Shown: one piece after another, positions 30,313 through 41,932 of the stretch
Position numbering within the stretch: the first letter of the stretch is position 1
Layout of the letters: each line of letters opens with the position of its first letter
NCBI GenBank assembly: GCA_000002445.1
Contig: CP000067.1
Span: 384,001 to 448,000, forward strand
DNA length: 64,000 bases
Direction: 5' to 3'
From: Trypanosoma brucei
Lineage: Eukaryota
Translations under genes and position numbers: made by a program
The notes under the pieces: model-generated
Told to the model about the DNA's origin: nothing
What the model saw: only the letters and a program-made list of their open reading frames with translations
Database searches by the model: none

Positions 30313-31773
30313 TTACACAATAATGGACGAGACAAAACTGACGAATCGCGCTGCGTATTCCTTCGGCGGCACCGCCGATATCTTCTGCCTGTCTTTCAAC
30401 ATTCCGAACACAAGGGTTTCCATACTCTTCCGAGAATTGTACTCCTGCAATATGTCAATGATCCCAATATAATATATTTCCCTCCTTCCACCGGGGTGGT
30501 CTGCGCTCATCATACCGCCCTGATCCGCTTTGAAGCACCGCCCGTCGGTTGGTGCGCTGTCGGCAGCCGCGGTTGGATGTCCATTCAAAGCCATGGGTTG
30601 CATCGTCTCACCCATGCCTAACAGATAGGAAGGTTCCAGTGCACTCGTTGCAAGCGCTGCTGCCCCACCCAAGTACTCTCTGCTTCCCGTGCTTGGTGCT
30701 GGGCGATGTGCCTCGTACATGGGAAGCACGTGAATACCTACAAGAAACGAGTAGTCCATGATATTACACTGGTTCAGGAATCCACAGTCCATTTTCATTT
30801 GTTCAATGAGAAGGTTACGCCTAGTGGCGCCCACATGAAGGGGACGATTTATATCCAAATCCTTTTGTGTGCATGTCTGCTTTTTCTTTTCCGCCTCAGT
30901 CGCAAAACGACCGACCGTACTCCCCTTCAGGTCGTATTTTTCATGGATTGTGTTTCCTGTGACGAACACATTCTGCATAATGATAATGTACATCTTCTCT
31001 CCGTTGATTTCAAGCCGGTGGTGACCGACAAAGTGTGGTAGGAGCGTATAAGGATGGTCTAGCACAAAAAAATAGTAGCGATGTAATATGCGCCGTAAGA
31101 ACTTGCTCTCTTCGTGTGTCATGGTCTTGATCACCCAATCCCTACCACAGAAGAATAGTTGCGCGGCGGACTTACCTGGTGTCGGTGTGCTGTGCCAGCG
31201 GCTTCGCAACAGGACATCGCGGTAGGCCCTATGGTCGATATTGAAAAATTCCCGAATGTGACGATAGCACATGGGCGAGTAGTCCACAAATGCTAACGGC
31301 ACATTCGGGACCTCATCGTGGGACTCCACATCACTTTCATCTAAATGACTTGCCTCCTCACTGTCACCATGTGCATCGTAAAAGGGTGCATGGTGGTTAC
31401 GCTGTTCCCTTACACCAGTTGCCGCCGCCGTGCTGCAACAGAAACCTGGCTTAGGTTTTTCTACCCCCACATCCAGATTAATCTTTGTTTTTATGGAGAA
31501 ATCTCGCTTTGGGTTTAGCGGCCGCTGTTTGGCCGGATGGGAGATGCTCGTGATGCTCTGCCCCAACGCCCATTTCATACAGCGTATCAAGTTAATCGTC
31601 GCCTCATTTTGCCTCGGCTCATCTCTTTTATCGCAAGACTTGACTTCGAGGTTCTTTGGCGGTTCCTCCGTAGGAGTGCGACGTGCCGCTATCTCCGCTG
31701 AGGAAAGGGGTCCAGATTCAAAGGAGATGGCGGCAAGTATTTCTCTATTGAACGGCATGGCTCCCCGCGCCAA
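30313..31773 (-). CDS. PIP5K: Phosphatidylinositol-4-phosphate 5-kinase (PIPK family)
   Basis: It has PIPK catalytic-core signatures: MYIIIMQNVF, the G-loop-like DLKGSTVGR, DCGFLNQCNIMDYSFLVGIH (catalytic MDYSLL-type motif) and the activation-loop IYYIGIIDILQEYN. Confidence 0.9.
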   Translation of the reverse strand: MARGAMPFNREILAAISFESGPLSSAEIAARRTPTEEPPKNLEVKSCDKRDEPRQNEATINLIRCMKWALGQSITSISHPAKQRPLNPKRDFSIKTKINLDVGVEKPKPGFCCSTAAATGVREQRNHHAPFYDAHGDSEEASHLDESDVESHDEVPNVPLAFVDYSPMCYRHIREFFNIDHRAYRDVLLRSRWHSTPTPGKSAAQLFFCGRDWVIKTMTHEESKFLRRILHRYYFFVLDHPYTLLPHFVGHHRLEINGEKMYIIIMQNVFVTGNTIHEKYDLKGSTVGRFATEAEKKKQTCTQKDLDINRPLHVGATRRNLLIEQMKMDCGFLNQCNIMDYSFLVGIHVLPMYEAHRPAPSTGSREYLGGAAALATSALEPSYLLGMGETMQPMALNGHPTAAADSAPTDGRCFKADQGGMMSADHPGGRREIYYIGIIDILQEYNSRKSMETLVFGMLKDRQKISAVPPKEYAARFVSFVSSIIV

Positions 31774-32436
31774 CGAAATTAAGGCCTTCCTGCCGCCCGG
31801 GTCGACCGATGGTAGTGAGCGTGGGCGAGCTTATATATATATATATATATATAATGGAGTAAAAAAAGGAAAGAGGGTAAGGCACCATAAGGAAGTATAG
31901 GAGGGCGAAGCTGCAACATTTTTTTTGCTTCCTCTTTGAGGAGTGGTGGTGGTGGTGAGCAGCATAGAATAAATTATGTAAGACACGAACGAAACGAAAC
32001 ATCTCGCCCCACACTTTTGTTAATCTTTACTCATCCCCTATCATGCCATGCGGCGTTCCCTTCCTCCACCTTCTCCCTTCGGCCGCATCACGGCCGAAGG
32101 TATCGTAGCTGCTAGACGTTTGTTTCGATGGTTGCTCCTCAGTACCGCATGATGATGTCCGTCAGAGTTACTCCTCCCCCTTCACCGGAAGGTTTACCGA
32201 ATCAAATACGACGCGTTGAAGGTATGCGTGATACTGGAAGAAAATAAAAAAGACGCTCCCACCCCCCATTTCCGGCGAATCGGAAATTGCAGCAACAGCA
32301 GCGAGAGTTGACATTTAGAGCCTTTTTTTTTTCCTCACTCCCCTCCAAGACAAATCATGTGCACGTCAGAACATTCGCATGATTATGTCTTGCTGGTGTC
32401 GAACCCCATGTATCCCACGACCAGGTACCTGAAACC

Positions 32437-34647
32437 TCACGATTTGTTTTTCTTTCCGAGCCGAGCTTTCTTGCGGTTTGCACTCCCAGTTCCATATTGC
32501 TGACGCAGCGAGATGGCACCTTCCTTCAGCTCAAGCGGTTTCTGGGTGGGTACATCGATTTCTTCCACTTCATCCTTCACCTCAAGCCCTTCATGGAGAC
32601 ATGGGCCAGCCATTCCTTCTCCTCTTTCGCTGCTGTTTTCCCTTTCGACGGTTGGTTCCTCTGCATCAACATGCACCCGTTTTTCCTCTTCCTCACCCTC
32701 ACCCTTTACCTTCATCTCTTCCACTTCCCGCGCCCGCTTAACCGCAGACATCCGTGTCACCACATCATGACCAGGAAGTGCAATAGGGTAGTAAGGTTTC
32801 CTGCGGAGGATGGCAGCAACATTCCGCATCGTTTCAAACCATGCAGATGGCTCCGTGCGCACCACAACATGCGCGTCTTCTACAGTAAATGCCGGGTCCG
32901 CACGCTGCTCAATTGAAGGGAGTGTGCCGGTCATGGAGCGATGAACACCCATGTATCGCAAAGCAACCCCAACATTTGGTAAGGGTTTGGGTTTTACATC
33001 ACCATTTGCTCCATCTTTTAGGCTATCAGCACTTCCGATAGCATCTTTCACTATCTGGAGCAGCTTCATAACATTTGTGCGCACAGCAACACTTACTGGA
33101 CTACAACACTTAAGCACCTCGTTTGCCGATGTGGGCAGCTTTGTCGCGATAGACAACACGCACGAAATATGCATAACAGCTGAGGGAGAGTCGTCCGCTT
33201 CCCGCGCCGCCATGTCCCGCCAGTTAAATATCTCGCGTGCCACCTGCAGCTGAGATGAAGAAAGACCACCCAAGCTCCTTCCAAGTGCCTGCTTGTATGT
33301 AACATCAGGGTCGAGATGTGGCTTCTCGTAGCGCTCCAGCGATAGAAGGCGGCTCTCTTGAAATACGTGAAGCAGCATGTTTCCAACAGAAGCTCGAGCC
33401 TCGCAATTGAGTAACAACTGCTTCAAGCGATCGTAGACATAGAGCAAGAAGTGTGTATCTTGCTGGGCATAGGAAACCATCTCTGCTGGAATGGGCCGAA
33501 CACGCCAGTCCGCAGTCTGGTACTTTTTGTTGAGTTTCACCTGGCAGAAGTGATCCACCGCGAACGCCAAACTGTGTGGCATGTGCAGATTCTGCAATGC
33601 TATACTTGTGTCAAAGAGGTTCACGATGTACAACCCGAAATCCTTCTGCAGCCACCGAACATCTTCTCGCGCACCATGGAAAACCTTCACAATGTTTGGT
33701 TGCAAGAAAACGGGGGCCATCAGGTACATGTTTGCGCGCACCTTAAGACAGTCAACGATGAAGTCCTGGGTGCGAGTGCTGATCTGCATGAGGCATGTAA
33801 AACCTTGATACGAGTAGAAATCATGGTGCTCCAAGTCGACAGCAATTTCCGTCTCATTCAGCAGCACTGCCACAAGTGCTTCAAGGTCCTCCACCGTATC
33901 GACAAACGTCAGAGGACACGTGACTAGTGAAAGGTAAGGAGTTTCAGTTTTGAGCAGCAGTTGCTCTGAGGGAACAGACACAGCCTTAATCCGTTCCGCA
34001 AAGGGATGAACACCCGGTTCCCCGACGTGACGTACGCCCTTTTCGTCGTAGTAGACTGGACGGAAAGGTGTGGGACTGTTGTCTACCGGATGTTCAAATG
34101 TGAGTTGCGGCCTCAAGACACTTACACCGGCTGCGTTAAAGACAGAATAAGAGGAAGACGGGACCACACCCTGCAATTCTGATCCAAACTTCACGGATAG
34201 TTGATCCTTAGCACTTAAACGTCGCCCCTTTAACTCATCCAACAAACCATCAACATTCTCCAGTAACGAATCCGCAGCTTCCATCACAGCAGCTCGCTGA
34301 GGGTCTGTTAGTTTCCCTCCTGTACTTGAGAGGGTGACACGCCGCTTAGCCGGCAGCAACTGACAGAATTTATCCATCAGGGAAACGACAGCCTCACTGT
34401 GGCGAGTGATTTGATGCCTGAACGCAGGAAAAGCCATATGGTAATCATAGTCTTCCTCCGCGAGATCCGCTGTTAACTTTGTGTATTCCTTCACGAGCGT
34501 AAAGGCTCCGTTCACAAGGTCCTTTGTTTGTGGAAGAGAGCCAGACATATACCCGACTCCTTTTGATAATGTTAGTGGAAGAAATATTTCGGCACGCGCG
34601 TGCCCGCGTGTTTGGAAAAGATGTATGGAAACAAGCATCAAAAGCAT
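32437..34647 (-). CDS. RRP6: Exosome-associated 3'-5' exoribonuclease RRP6 (RNase D family, DEDDy) with an HRDC domain
   Basis: It has an N-terminal PMC2NT-like region. The Exo I motif is IAVDLEHHDFYSYQGFTCLMQIST (DxE). The Exo III motif is YAQQDTHFLLYVYDRL (Y-x3-D). An HRDC-like segment follows (LQVAREIFNWRDMAAREADDSPSAVM). The basic C-terminal tail is KKARLGKKNKS. Confidence 0.9.
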   Translation of the reverse strand: MLLMLVSIHLFQTRGHARAEIFLPLTLSKGVGYMSGSLPQTKDLVNGAFTLVKEYTKLTADLAEEDYDYHMAFPAFRHQITRHSEAVVSLMDKFCQLLPAKRRVTLSSTGGKLTDPQRAAVMEAADSLLENVDGLLDELKGRRLSAKDQLSVKFGSELQGVVPSSSYSVFNAAGVSVLRPQLTFEHPVDNSPTPFRPVYYDEKGVRHVGEPGVHPFAERIKAVSVPSEQLLLKTETPYLSLVTCPLTFVDTVEDLEALVAVLLNETEIAVDLEHHDFYSYQGFTCLMQISTRTQDFIVDCLKVRANMYLMAPVFLQPNIVKVFHGAREDVRWLQKDFGLYIVNLFDTSIALQNLHMPHSLAFAVDHFCQVKLNKKYQTADWRVRPIPAEMVSYAQQDTHFLLYVYDRLKQLLLNCEARASVGNMLLHVFQESRLLSLERYEKPHLDPDVTYKQALGRSLGGLSSSQLQVAREIFNWRDMAAREADDSPSAVMHISCVLSIATKLPTSANEVLKCCSPVSVAVRTNVMKLLQIVKDAIGSADSLKDGANGDVKPKPLPNVGVALRYMGVHRSMTGTLPSIEQRADPAFTVEDAHVVVRTEPSAWFETMRNVAAILRRKPYYPIALPGHDVVTRMSAVKRAREVEEMKVKGEGEEEEKRVHVDAEEPTVERENSSERGEGMAGPCLHEGLEVKDEVEEIDVPTQKPLELKEGAISLRQQYGTGSANRKKARLGKKNKS

Positions 34648-35187
34648 GAAAGGAAAAGGTCAGACACACATAACGGTGTCATTGCAGAGTCGTAAGAACG
34701 AGATTGACGCCTCAGATGGTTAGAGTAGATCACCAAAAAGGAAAAAAAAACAAAGAGAGAAAGTAAAGTGAAATGTTCCATCTATTTTTCGTTAGAGACC
34801 CACCGCCGTTCATTAAAGCCATAAACTGGTGAGCGACGAAGATAAAACCACCGGCAAGGACCGCTTTTTGGCGTGACATAAGATACCAGAAATCTAGAAG
34901 GGAGAAATCAAATTACATTTTAATGAAAGGATGAAAACCGAATAGTTCCCGCTCACTAACAAAAATAAACAAGACAACAGACGTGAGCCAACTCACTCAA
35001 ATGTCCCACACGATTATTGGTAGTAGTGTTACATACCCAAATGCCTACCACTGGACTTAATCATACACGCGGCAATGTTTAGCAAACCAGCCCTCCTGAA
35101 AGTCGTGTATAGAGAGAGAGAGGAGCAGGAAAATGAAGGAAGCTAAAGGAGGGGAAGAAAAGAGCAAGGAACCGTCACATCGTCCTC

Positions 35188-36513
35188 TTAAATAGTTTCT
35201 TCCGACCTTGACCTCCCCTCATATTTCCCAGAAGATGTCAGAAGAGGGGTATTCCTTCCCCACACGCTAAACCCGGCGACGTGCAGGAGAGGCCCCACCC
35301 TGCCACTATCCCTCTCCCGACTCGCACAACCGTAAATCACGCCACCGACGAGGCCGAGAGTTATTCCCACGTAACCCGTTTTCGTTGGAAACTGGTTAAA
35401 CACAACCATCCCGGCAACTGACATGGGTACCTTGTTTACCACCCCAACAACACTGAAGGTGGTGGGTGTTGTTTGCTCCATACACCAAAAGGTGGCGAAT
35501 GTTAGTAGAGGCCCTGTTCCCGCCACGGTAAGAGCTAAAAGAGGTGGAAGGGAGATGCTGCGAATGGTGTGAATCATGCTCCCCATGGAAGGGAGCGCAA
35601 TCACAAACGCAACAAGCATTGAAAGTAAGTTATTGTAAAACACAGGCCCATAACGGCCGATTGTTTTGCTCACATCTCCCAGCAGCCGCTTCATGTACAA
35701 CGTGTACCCCACAGTCGCCATTATGTTGAGAGTCGTCCAAATCATTCCCCATGTTGTCACCCATTGGTCTCCCATTGCGCAAAGATAACTTCCGGCTGAC
35801 ATAAAGAAAAAAGCCAAGTACATTACGGGCGTCACACGCGTGCCGTACAGCTGTGAGTCACCAATGGCGGTGAGCACGACTGCAATGTTCTTCATGATTG
35901 TGTGCATCGCCACCGACATGGTTTCAAGACTTTTAATAGATGACCACAACATTGCAACGAAGAAGAGTGTAAGGGGGAGCCACTTCCTTGCCACTCTCGA
36001 GCAGAAGTTCGGATAATAAACCCATCCCATCATTTTCCCCATAACTGCAAAGAGCAGAGCGGTGCCACTCTCCACGAAAATAATACCCATAGGGTAGTTT
36101 AGAGCGTAGTTAGCAACAAGTAACTTGTTAGTAATAGTCATGACAGTACTAAAAATGCTGTAAACTACAATTGATGCCATGACCTCAACGGCCCCGTCAC
36201 GCGCCGTCATATGACCGGATATGAAATAATGTTTTGTTTCCTTCGCTTTCCTCGTATTAAGAAAAACAACAGCTGCGACAAATGGCCGAAGCCCCAGCGG
36301 CTGTTGCGCTGGTGCGTTGGCGTGTCTCTTCAAAGGGAAGGCAAGTCCTTTCTGTGAGCTGAAACAAAGGAAACCCGCATCATTTTGGAGTACGCACGTA
36401 AAGGAACCAGTGGAAAAAGGAAGCAAAGATAAATTATTAAAAAAAAAAGGAAAACAAATAATAATTAAGGGAAAAGCGGCAAAATCAGAGACAGAAAAGG
36501 TAAAAAGGGTCAA
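35188..36513 (-). CDS. Nucleotide-sugar transporter (TPT/DMT superfamily). The called N-terminus is probably over-extended.
   Basis: About 10 TM helices with the TPT-family organisation. The first ~100 codons are low-complexity and overlap a purine-rich (polyY on transcript) tract at 36410-36510. A plausible true start is MTARDGAVEVMASIVVYSIF (ATG ~36210). Confidence 0.65.
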   Translation of the reverse strand: MTLFTFSVSDFAAFPLIIICFPFFFNNLSLLPFSTGSFTCVLQNDAGFLCFSSQKGLAFPLKRHANAPAQQPLGLRPFVAAVVFLNTRKAKETKHYFISGHMTARDGAVEVMASIVVYSIFSTVMTITNKLLVANYALNYPMGIIFVESGTALLFAVMGKMMGWVYYPNFCSRVARKWLPLTLFFVAMLWSSIKSLETMSVAMHTIMKNIAVVLTAIGDSQLYGTRVTPVMYLAFFFMSAGSYLCAMGDQWVTTWGMIWTTLNIMATVGYTLYMKRLLGDVSKTIGRYGPVFYNNLLSMLVAFVIALPSMGSMIHTIRSISLPPLLALTVAGTGPLLTFATFWCMEQTTPTTFSVVGVVNKVPMSVAGMVVFNQFPTKTGYVGITLGLVGGVIYGCASRERDSGRVGPLLHVAGFSVWGRNTPLLTSSGKYEGRSRSEETI

Positions 36514-37894
36514 AAGGCATCAGATGATAAACACAATAAAGCACCAAGGGAAGGTAATAGCAACTGCGTCAAGGACAATGTATGATGGAGGGATTTACGA
36601 CCTCTGTCAACTGCGCGTAATATTAAGCACCGCTCTCATTTTTTGAATTGACCACGTAGAGACGTAATAAACATTTAAAAGAGCAAAACAACAAAAGTTT
36701 TTTTTTTAAAAAGAAGGGGGTGCGAACAGTTAAGATAAAGGGAACCAGCACAAGCAACAACAATAAAGTAAGTCCATAACTTGGCGCCGTTACCCATGCA
36801 ACAAAATTAGAGAAAAGAAAAAAGAGACGTAACACATAAATCTTGTTGCACCAAAGACACGGAAGAATGAAAGGAGGTGGAAACAGGGTGACGTGTTGAC
36901 AGAAAACAATGTGAAGCAGGAAAAGAAAAATTAAAAAGGATTTTAACAAATCAGTTCTATATTTTCTGACAACATTATACGTAAACCTGCCGTTCGGAGC
37001 GGAGGTCCTGTTCCGCAAAACAAACAAAAAAAAGCCGCTATGAGGGAAATTGAAGACAAAAAAAACGACGTGAACAACAGGGAAGATAATCACCTAAACG
37101 AAAGGAAAAAAAACATGCATATATACATACATATATATATATATATAGGCGCACACGCGCACATATATTAATATGTGTGTAATAGTGAGTGCCCCTACGG
37201 TTGGTAAACACCCATCCCCCAAAGACAGAGAAAACACAATGAAAAACATCCATACAAGCGACATATTTAGAAAAGAAAAACGTATAAATGAATATATGTA
37301 AGCATATAAGTATATATATATATATATATATTGGTAACAATGCAGTGGACACTCTTCCTTTCTTCCACACCTCAAAAAGAAAAAAAGAAAACCAAAAAAA
37401 AAAAAAGCCCGTTAACACGTTGAGTCTCTCCCAACCTCTCCTTTCACTCCTCCTCTTGTTTCTCGTTCTCCTTTACAGAAAAACCAAACACATAGTCATT
37501 CCCTACTCTCTCATCTTTTGCTCAAACTGACGCCCTCGCATGCAGCCTTCATGTTCCTTTAAATTGCTTCTTTCGTATCATACGCAATAAATGTCAATGA
37601 AAATTGTGCCTCAATCGTTGTTCTTTTTTTTTCATTTGTTTCTCCCTTTTTGAATGGATTCAATACAGATGCACGAATACAGCACACATACACACACACA
37701 CACACATACGGAGGTTACTGCCTTCTCCCACTCCTTTTTCCTTCTCCCTCCTTAGTGTTTTTTTTTAAAATTATTTTCCCTCTCCTTCACAATAACTGTT
37801 GTGTGAGGAACAATTGCCTGTCGCACAGGGGAAACATCATCACCACCACCACACCTTCCAACAATAGCAATAGAAATAACAAAAGAAGAGCCCT

Positions 37895-39580
37895 TCACCG
37901 TGATGTGATTGCTGCAATAAGTCTTGATACTCGAAACAAACGATAGTGAAGGAACCCGTCTATAACAAACATACCGAAAAGAAGAATGGAAAGCACACCA
38001 AATGGAACAAATCCCATTACAATAGTTCTGTTTAGCTTTCGAGTACATGGGGCCCCCTTCCATTCACCTTTACAAACTCCCCAGAGACATGTTGGGGAAT
38101 CTCTATCCACATCACAGTTTTCATTATATCCCCTACACTCATTGCTTTTGTAATACGCACACAACGCAATTGGATCCTCTGCTCTTTCCCTAATGTAACT
38201 TTGAATGCGCGGAAATGATATTGCCTCCGCTACCGCCAAAAGTGCGAGAGAACAAAAACCGATGGCAATACCAACCGCTGCAGCTCGCAACATGGCGTGA
38301 GGGGAAAACCTTACCGGCATTCGCATTCTGATGGCATGAAAAGCTGTAACAGCACTCGCAAACAAACAATGGAAACAACCAATCAATATGGGCGAAATGT
38401 AACGAAACATATAACCATTTACAATTCCATTGCGGCCACCTATAAATGTATTCGCGGCCACTGTCAGTAACATAAGCGTCATCAGAGATTGTACAACGGC
38501 TAGCCAAAAGGTTTGCATGGGAAGACGTGTCAGAAACAGAATACCAGTTCCGCTAAACAGCCCCGGGGGCGCCCGAAATAACTGAAGCTGTATTCCTACT
38601 CTCGCATCTGTGGGCCGCGAGCTACACTTCGCTATGTTTTTATCAATATTTGCCAGAGCCGCAAGTTCCTCCTTCGCCACCGACACTAAAACATTATCAT
38701 CAATGCCCTTGTAGTTGCACTTACTTTCAACAAAGGACCGTAGAGTTAAACTCTGTTCCTTATTCTCTCTACTGGCCGACACCAGAAACCGACGCACGTA
38801 CATGCGCAGACACTGCATGTCAAAGAATTTCTTGGAGGAATGACGAAAAATAGACATAAAACTGCTCCTCTGATCATTCCCAACCACAACATCGTGAATT
38901 GCAGAACGCGCAAACGTAACGTAAGGAATTGGACCGATAGATCCTGCACCACAAATGAGCTTTTGACGTTCCGACTGCGTCTCCGCATCTCCTTTACCCC
39001 GCCGAGAGTTAACATAAAACAGCGAGAGAAACATCGACCTTCGGTTGTTTTCATCTGCAGGTGCGCCACTCGCAACACCGCTCTCGTCCACTTCTTCAGT
39101 CGATCCATTGTTCTCACCCCAGATATTCTCTCGCGTCACTATATCCTTTTCATCTTCCTTACTGCTACCCTCCTGCGCTTTCACTTCCCTCCTTGCGTTC
39201 CTCTTGGTTTTTTCTTGTTCCAACCGCTCTCGGCGCTTTAGAAAATCATCACTAGTGAAGCGGTTCACATTTAGCAGTGTTATCGTATTTTTGTTTACCA
39301 TGCTTACATATCCCTCATAATGTAAAAACAATGTTTCATCATTCACTACTGACTCACCGAGAAAGGAAATGCACCTCCCGATAAGTTTAAAATCCTGCCA
39401 ATGTAGCTTTGGAAGATTTCTACACGGCTCGTCAAGCATAATTACAGCCTCAGTAGGAGTACTTGAGGTTTGGCATTCCTCTGCAGCATCCGGCGCTGAA
39501 GTTTCAACATTTCCCTCAAGTGGCGGCACCGGCTCCACCTCGTTACCAGCGCCGTCACGTCGTTGGGGATTCTCCGGCAT
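37895..39580 (-). CDS. Hypothetical multi-pass membrane protein with a Cys-rich C-terminal segment, 561 aa
   Basis: The N-terminus is an acidic/Ser-rich soluble region. The C-terminal half has 6-7 hydrophobic helices and a Cys cluster (CAYYKSNECRGYNENCDVDRDSPTCLWGVCKGEWKGAPC). Confidence 0.55.
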   Translation of the reverse strand: MPENPQRRDGAGNEVEPVPPLEGNVETSAPDAAEECQTSSTPTEAVIMLDEPCRNLPKLHWQDFKLIGRCISFLGESVVNDETLFLHYEGYVSMVNKNTITLLNVNRFTSDDFLKRRERLEQEKTKRNARREVKAQEGSSKEDEKDIVTRENIWGENNGSTEEVDESGVASGAPADENNRRSMFLSLFYVNSRRGKGDAETQSERQKLICGAGSIGPIPYVTFARSAIHDVVVGNDQRSSFMSIFRHSSKKFFDMQCLRMYVRRFLVSASRENKEQSLTLRSFVESKCNYKGIDDNVLVSVAKEELAALANIDKNIAKCSSRPTDARVGIQLQLFRAPPGLFSGTGILFLTRLPMQTFWLAVVQSLMTLMLLTVAANTFIGGRNGIVNGYMFRYISPILIGCFHCLFASAVTAFHAIRMRMPVRFSPHAMLRAAAVGIAIGFCSLALLAVAEAISFPRIQSYIRERAEDPIALCAYYKSNECRGYNENCDVDRDSPTCLWGVCKGEWKGAPCTRKLNRTIVMGFVPFGVLSILLFGMFVIDGFLHYRLFRVSRLIAAITSR

Positions 39581-39866
39581 TCACAAACTAATAACTTAAA
39601 ACTCCTTTTTTTTTTTAAAAAAAGAAAAAAACAGAAAAAAATTCTCCTTTTTGTCTTCTCTTCACTCCTCAATGTTCCACACTCCAAACAGTTTCAACTA
39701 CTGTGTAATCAAGTTGCTGACGTAGCTATCACCTTCCTGCTACTGCTTTCTTTTCTTTTCTTTTCTTTTTTACCTTGTTCTTTCTTTCTTTCTTGTTTTT
39801 GTATGCTCTTTTGTTTTCTTGAGTCCACCTCACCGTGGCCTCTCTTCAAATAATAGGTTATTGTGC

Positions 39867-39867
<1 letters not shown>

Positions 39868-39905
<38 letters not shown>
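39868..39905. repeat. (AT)n microsatellite, ~19 units
   Basis: Direct read: an uninterrupted run of at-dinucleotides in the 2.35 kb spacer between the 37895..39580 and 41933..43120 genes. Confidence 0.95.
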
Positions 39906-39909
<4 letters not shown>

Positions 39910-41932
39910 ATATATACGCTGTTGAATGCCAAACACAACCTCCTTCTCTTTTTTTCTTTTTCTTTTTTTGCTCCCCTTCCAATTCTTAACTTCCAGCTGG
40001 CACTTCTCTTTTTTTTTTTTAACTTATATTTCCTTTACCCTCTTCTCCTTCGCCACGTGTTCTTCCAGCCACAGTTTAGTTGCACGAGGCCACGTGTCTC
40101 TGCCCTAAGAAGAAAGAAGGAAAAGAAAGAAAAAAGTGACGTGTGATGTTGTCACGTTTGTTTTTATTTCAGCTTTCTTCTCTCTTTTTTTTTTTTTGCG
40201 CTTTTCTCCCACCTACTTTTGTTGCCTTTGAATACAATTTAGCACTTTTACATACGACTAAATGACAGTATTTGTCAAGGAAGAAAAAAAGAGGAGAAAG
40301 GAAGAGGAGAGGAGAGTAATTAGTGAAGTAGTTACATGCAACATCTAGACAAATTTATACATTTCCGATTATTTATTTTATTTTATTTTATTTTATTTTT
40401 TGCATCCTTCCACCCCGTCATCCATCCATTCCGCATGTTTCCTTTTTTTTTTTCCTCCCTCTCTTTCTCTTTGTTTAGAGGACGAGTCTCATCGCAAGAG
40501 TGCAATACACTCGAGAAGTGGGAAACACAAACACAAACACAAAAAAGAAAAAAAGAAAACAGAAAGAAGGGAAGTAATGGAAAGAAAGAATATCGACCAC
40601 AGTTTCGTTTGGTGAACTGCGTGCATACATGTGGTGCGACAAAAGGCACATGCACACACACACATGCACACACATAAAAAAAAAAAAGAAAAAAAAACGG
40701 AACCGTAGACACAAGGAGGAGGAGGATAATAATAATAATAACAATAAAAGTCATAAAACTTTATTATCCGTCTCCATACGCTCCCCTCCTTTTTTTCTTT
40801 TCTTCCTCATTCCCACTTTCCGTTTTATCTGATTGCACTTTAAATAATATTAAGTTTGTCTGTTGTTTCTTCACCTTCAGACATCTCCAGCTATCATACA
40901 GAAACATACACAGAAACAAACACAACCTCTTCACTATTCTTTCACACAAATGACGGTACGCTGTTGGTCAGTCCGATCAAGTTAATAAAGAGAGAAAAAT
41001 AAGTTTCATCAGCATCAACAACACCGCCATCAACACAAAAAACAAAAAACAAAAACATCAACAACAAAAACAACATCAACACACAACGAACGAGGACAGG
41101 TTAGGCCACTGGGGGGGGGGGGGCGGAGGACTTGCGAAAAGTAGTAGAAGGGAAGGTGGGAAAAGCTGAAAAGAAGAAAGAAAAAGAAAACACAACGCGA
41201 CCGGCGCGCAGCAACGTGATCTAAAGTGTGTGTGCATGTGGCAAACAAACTATCGGCATCAGTAACCAAAACAGAAAGTGGGTGAGGCGTGAGAGAAAAA
41301 AGACGAAACGGCAATAAGTGATCCCGAAGTGAGGTAAGTGGGCTCAAGTGCACACGACGATATGATGCCACGCTTAATGAGAAAAACACCCCGAAGGAGA
41401 ACAACAGCGACAACAACAACAATAGAAAAGGATGAAAAACAAAACCCGTATTTACATCCCTCCTACTCCCCACAAAAGCCGTACGAATCACCACATCGCG
41501 ATACATGGAAATGATGATACCTCTTATTCCCTTACCATTTATGCACCGAACCCACTTTCTGTTTGTTGTTTGTTGTTCCATCTCCACTCCTTCTTTTCCT
41601 TATTCCAACGGCTTCCACCGTTCCTGCCACGGCGGCAGTTTAATTACTGCGCCTCGTATTCCCTTCCATTGATTCGGCATCAAATATAGCAGCGGAACCT
41701 CCCCACAGCACTCCTCATTTCCCCTACGCATGCATGCATGTGTATGCGTATGTTTATGTCTGCGCACGTCTGTGTGTGTGTCTGTGCATCTTCCATAGCT
41801 TCTTTTTTTCCATGTAGTTTTGGCAATCCCAACAAGCAAGCGAATTCAAAAGCGACGCCCAATTAAACGGGCACACCACTCGCTGCCACACAACTGCATC
41901 CGGCCTCCTGCTTATTCTTTTCCCTCTCCCAT

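Noticed and set aside
41030-41587. 185-aa minus-strand ORF in the 2.35 kb spacer (and similar ORFs at 40383..40754, 13143..13592, 12652..12936, 14115..14396)
   Set aside because: They translate to F/L/S/C homopolymer-like peptides read through pyrimidine/purine tracts and microsatellites. They are not protein-like.
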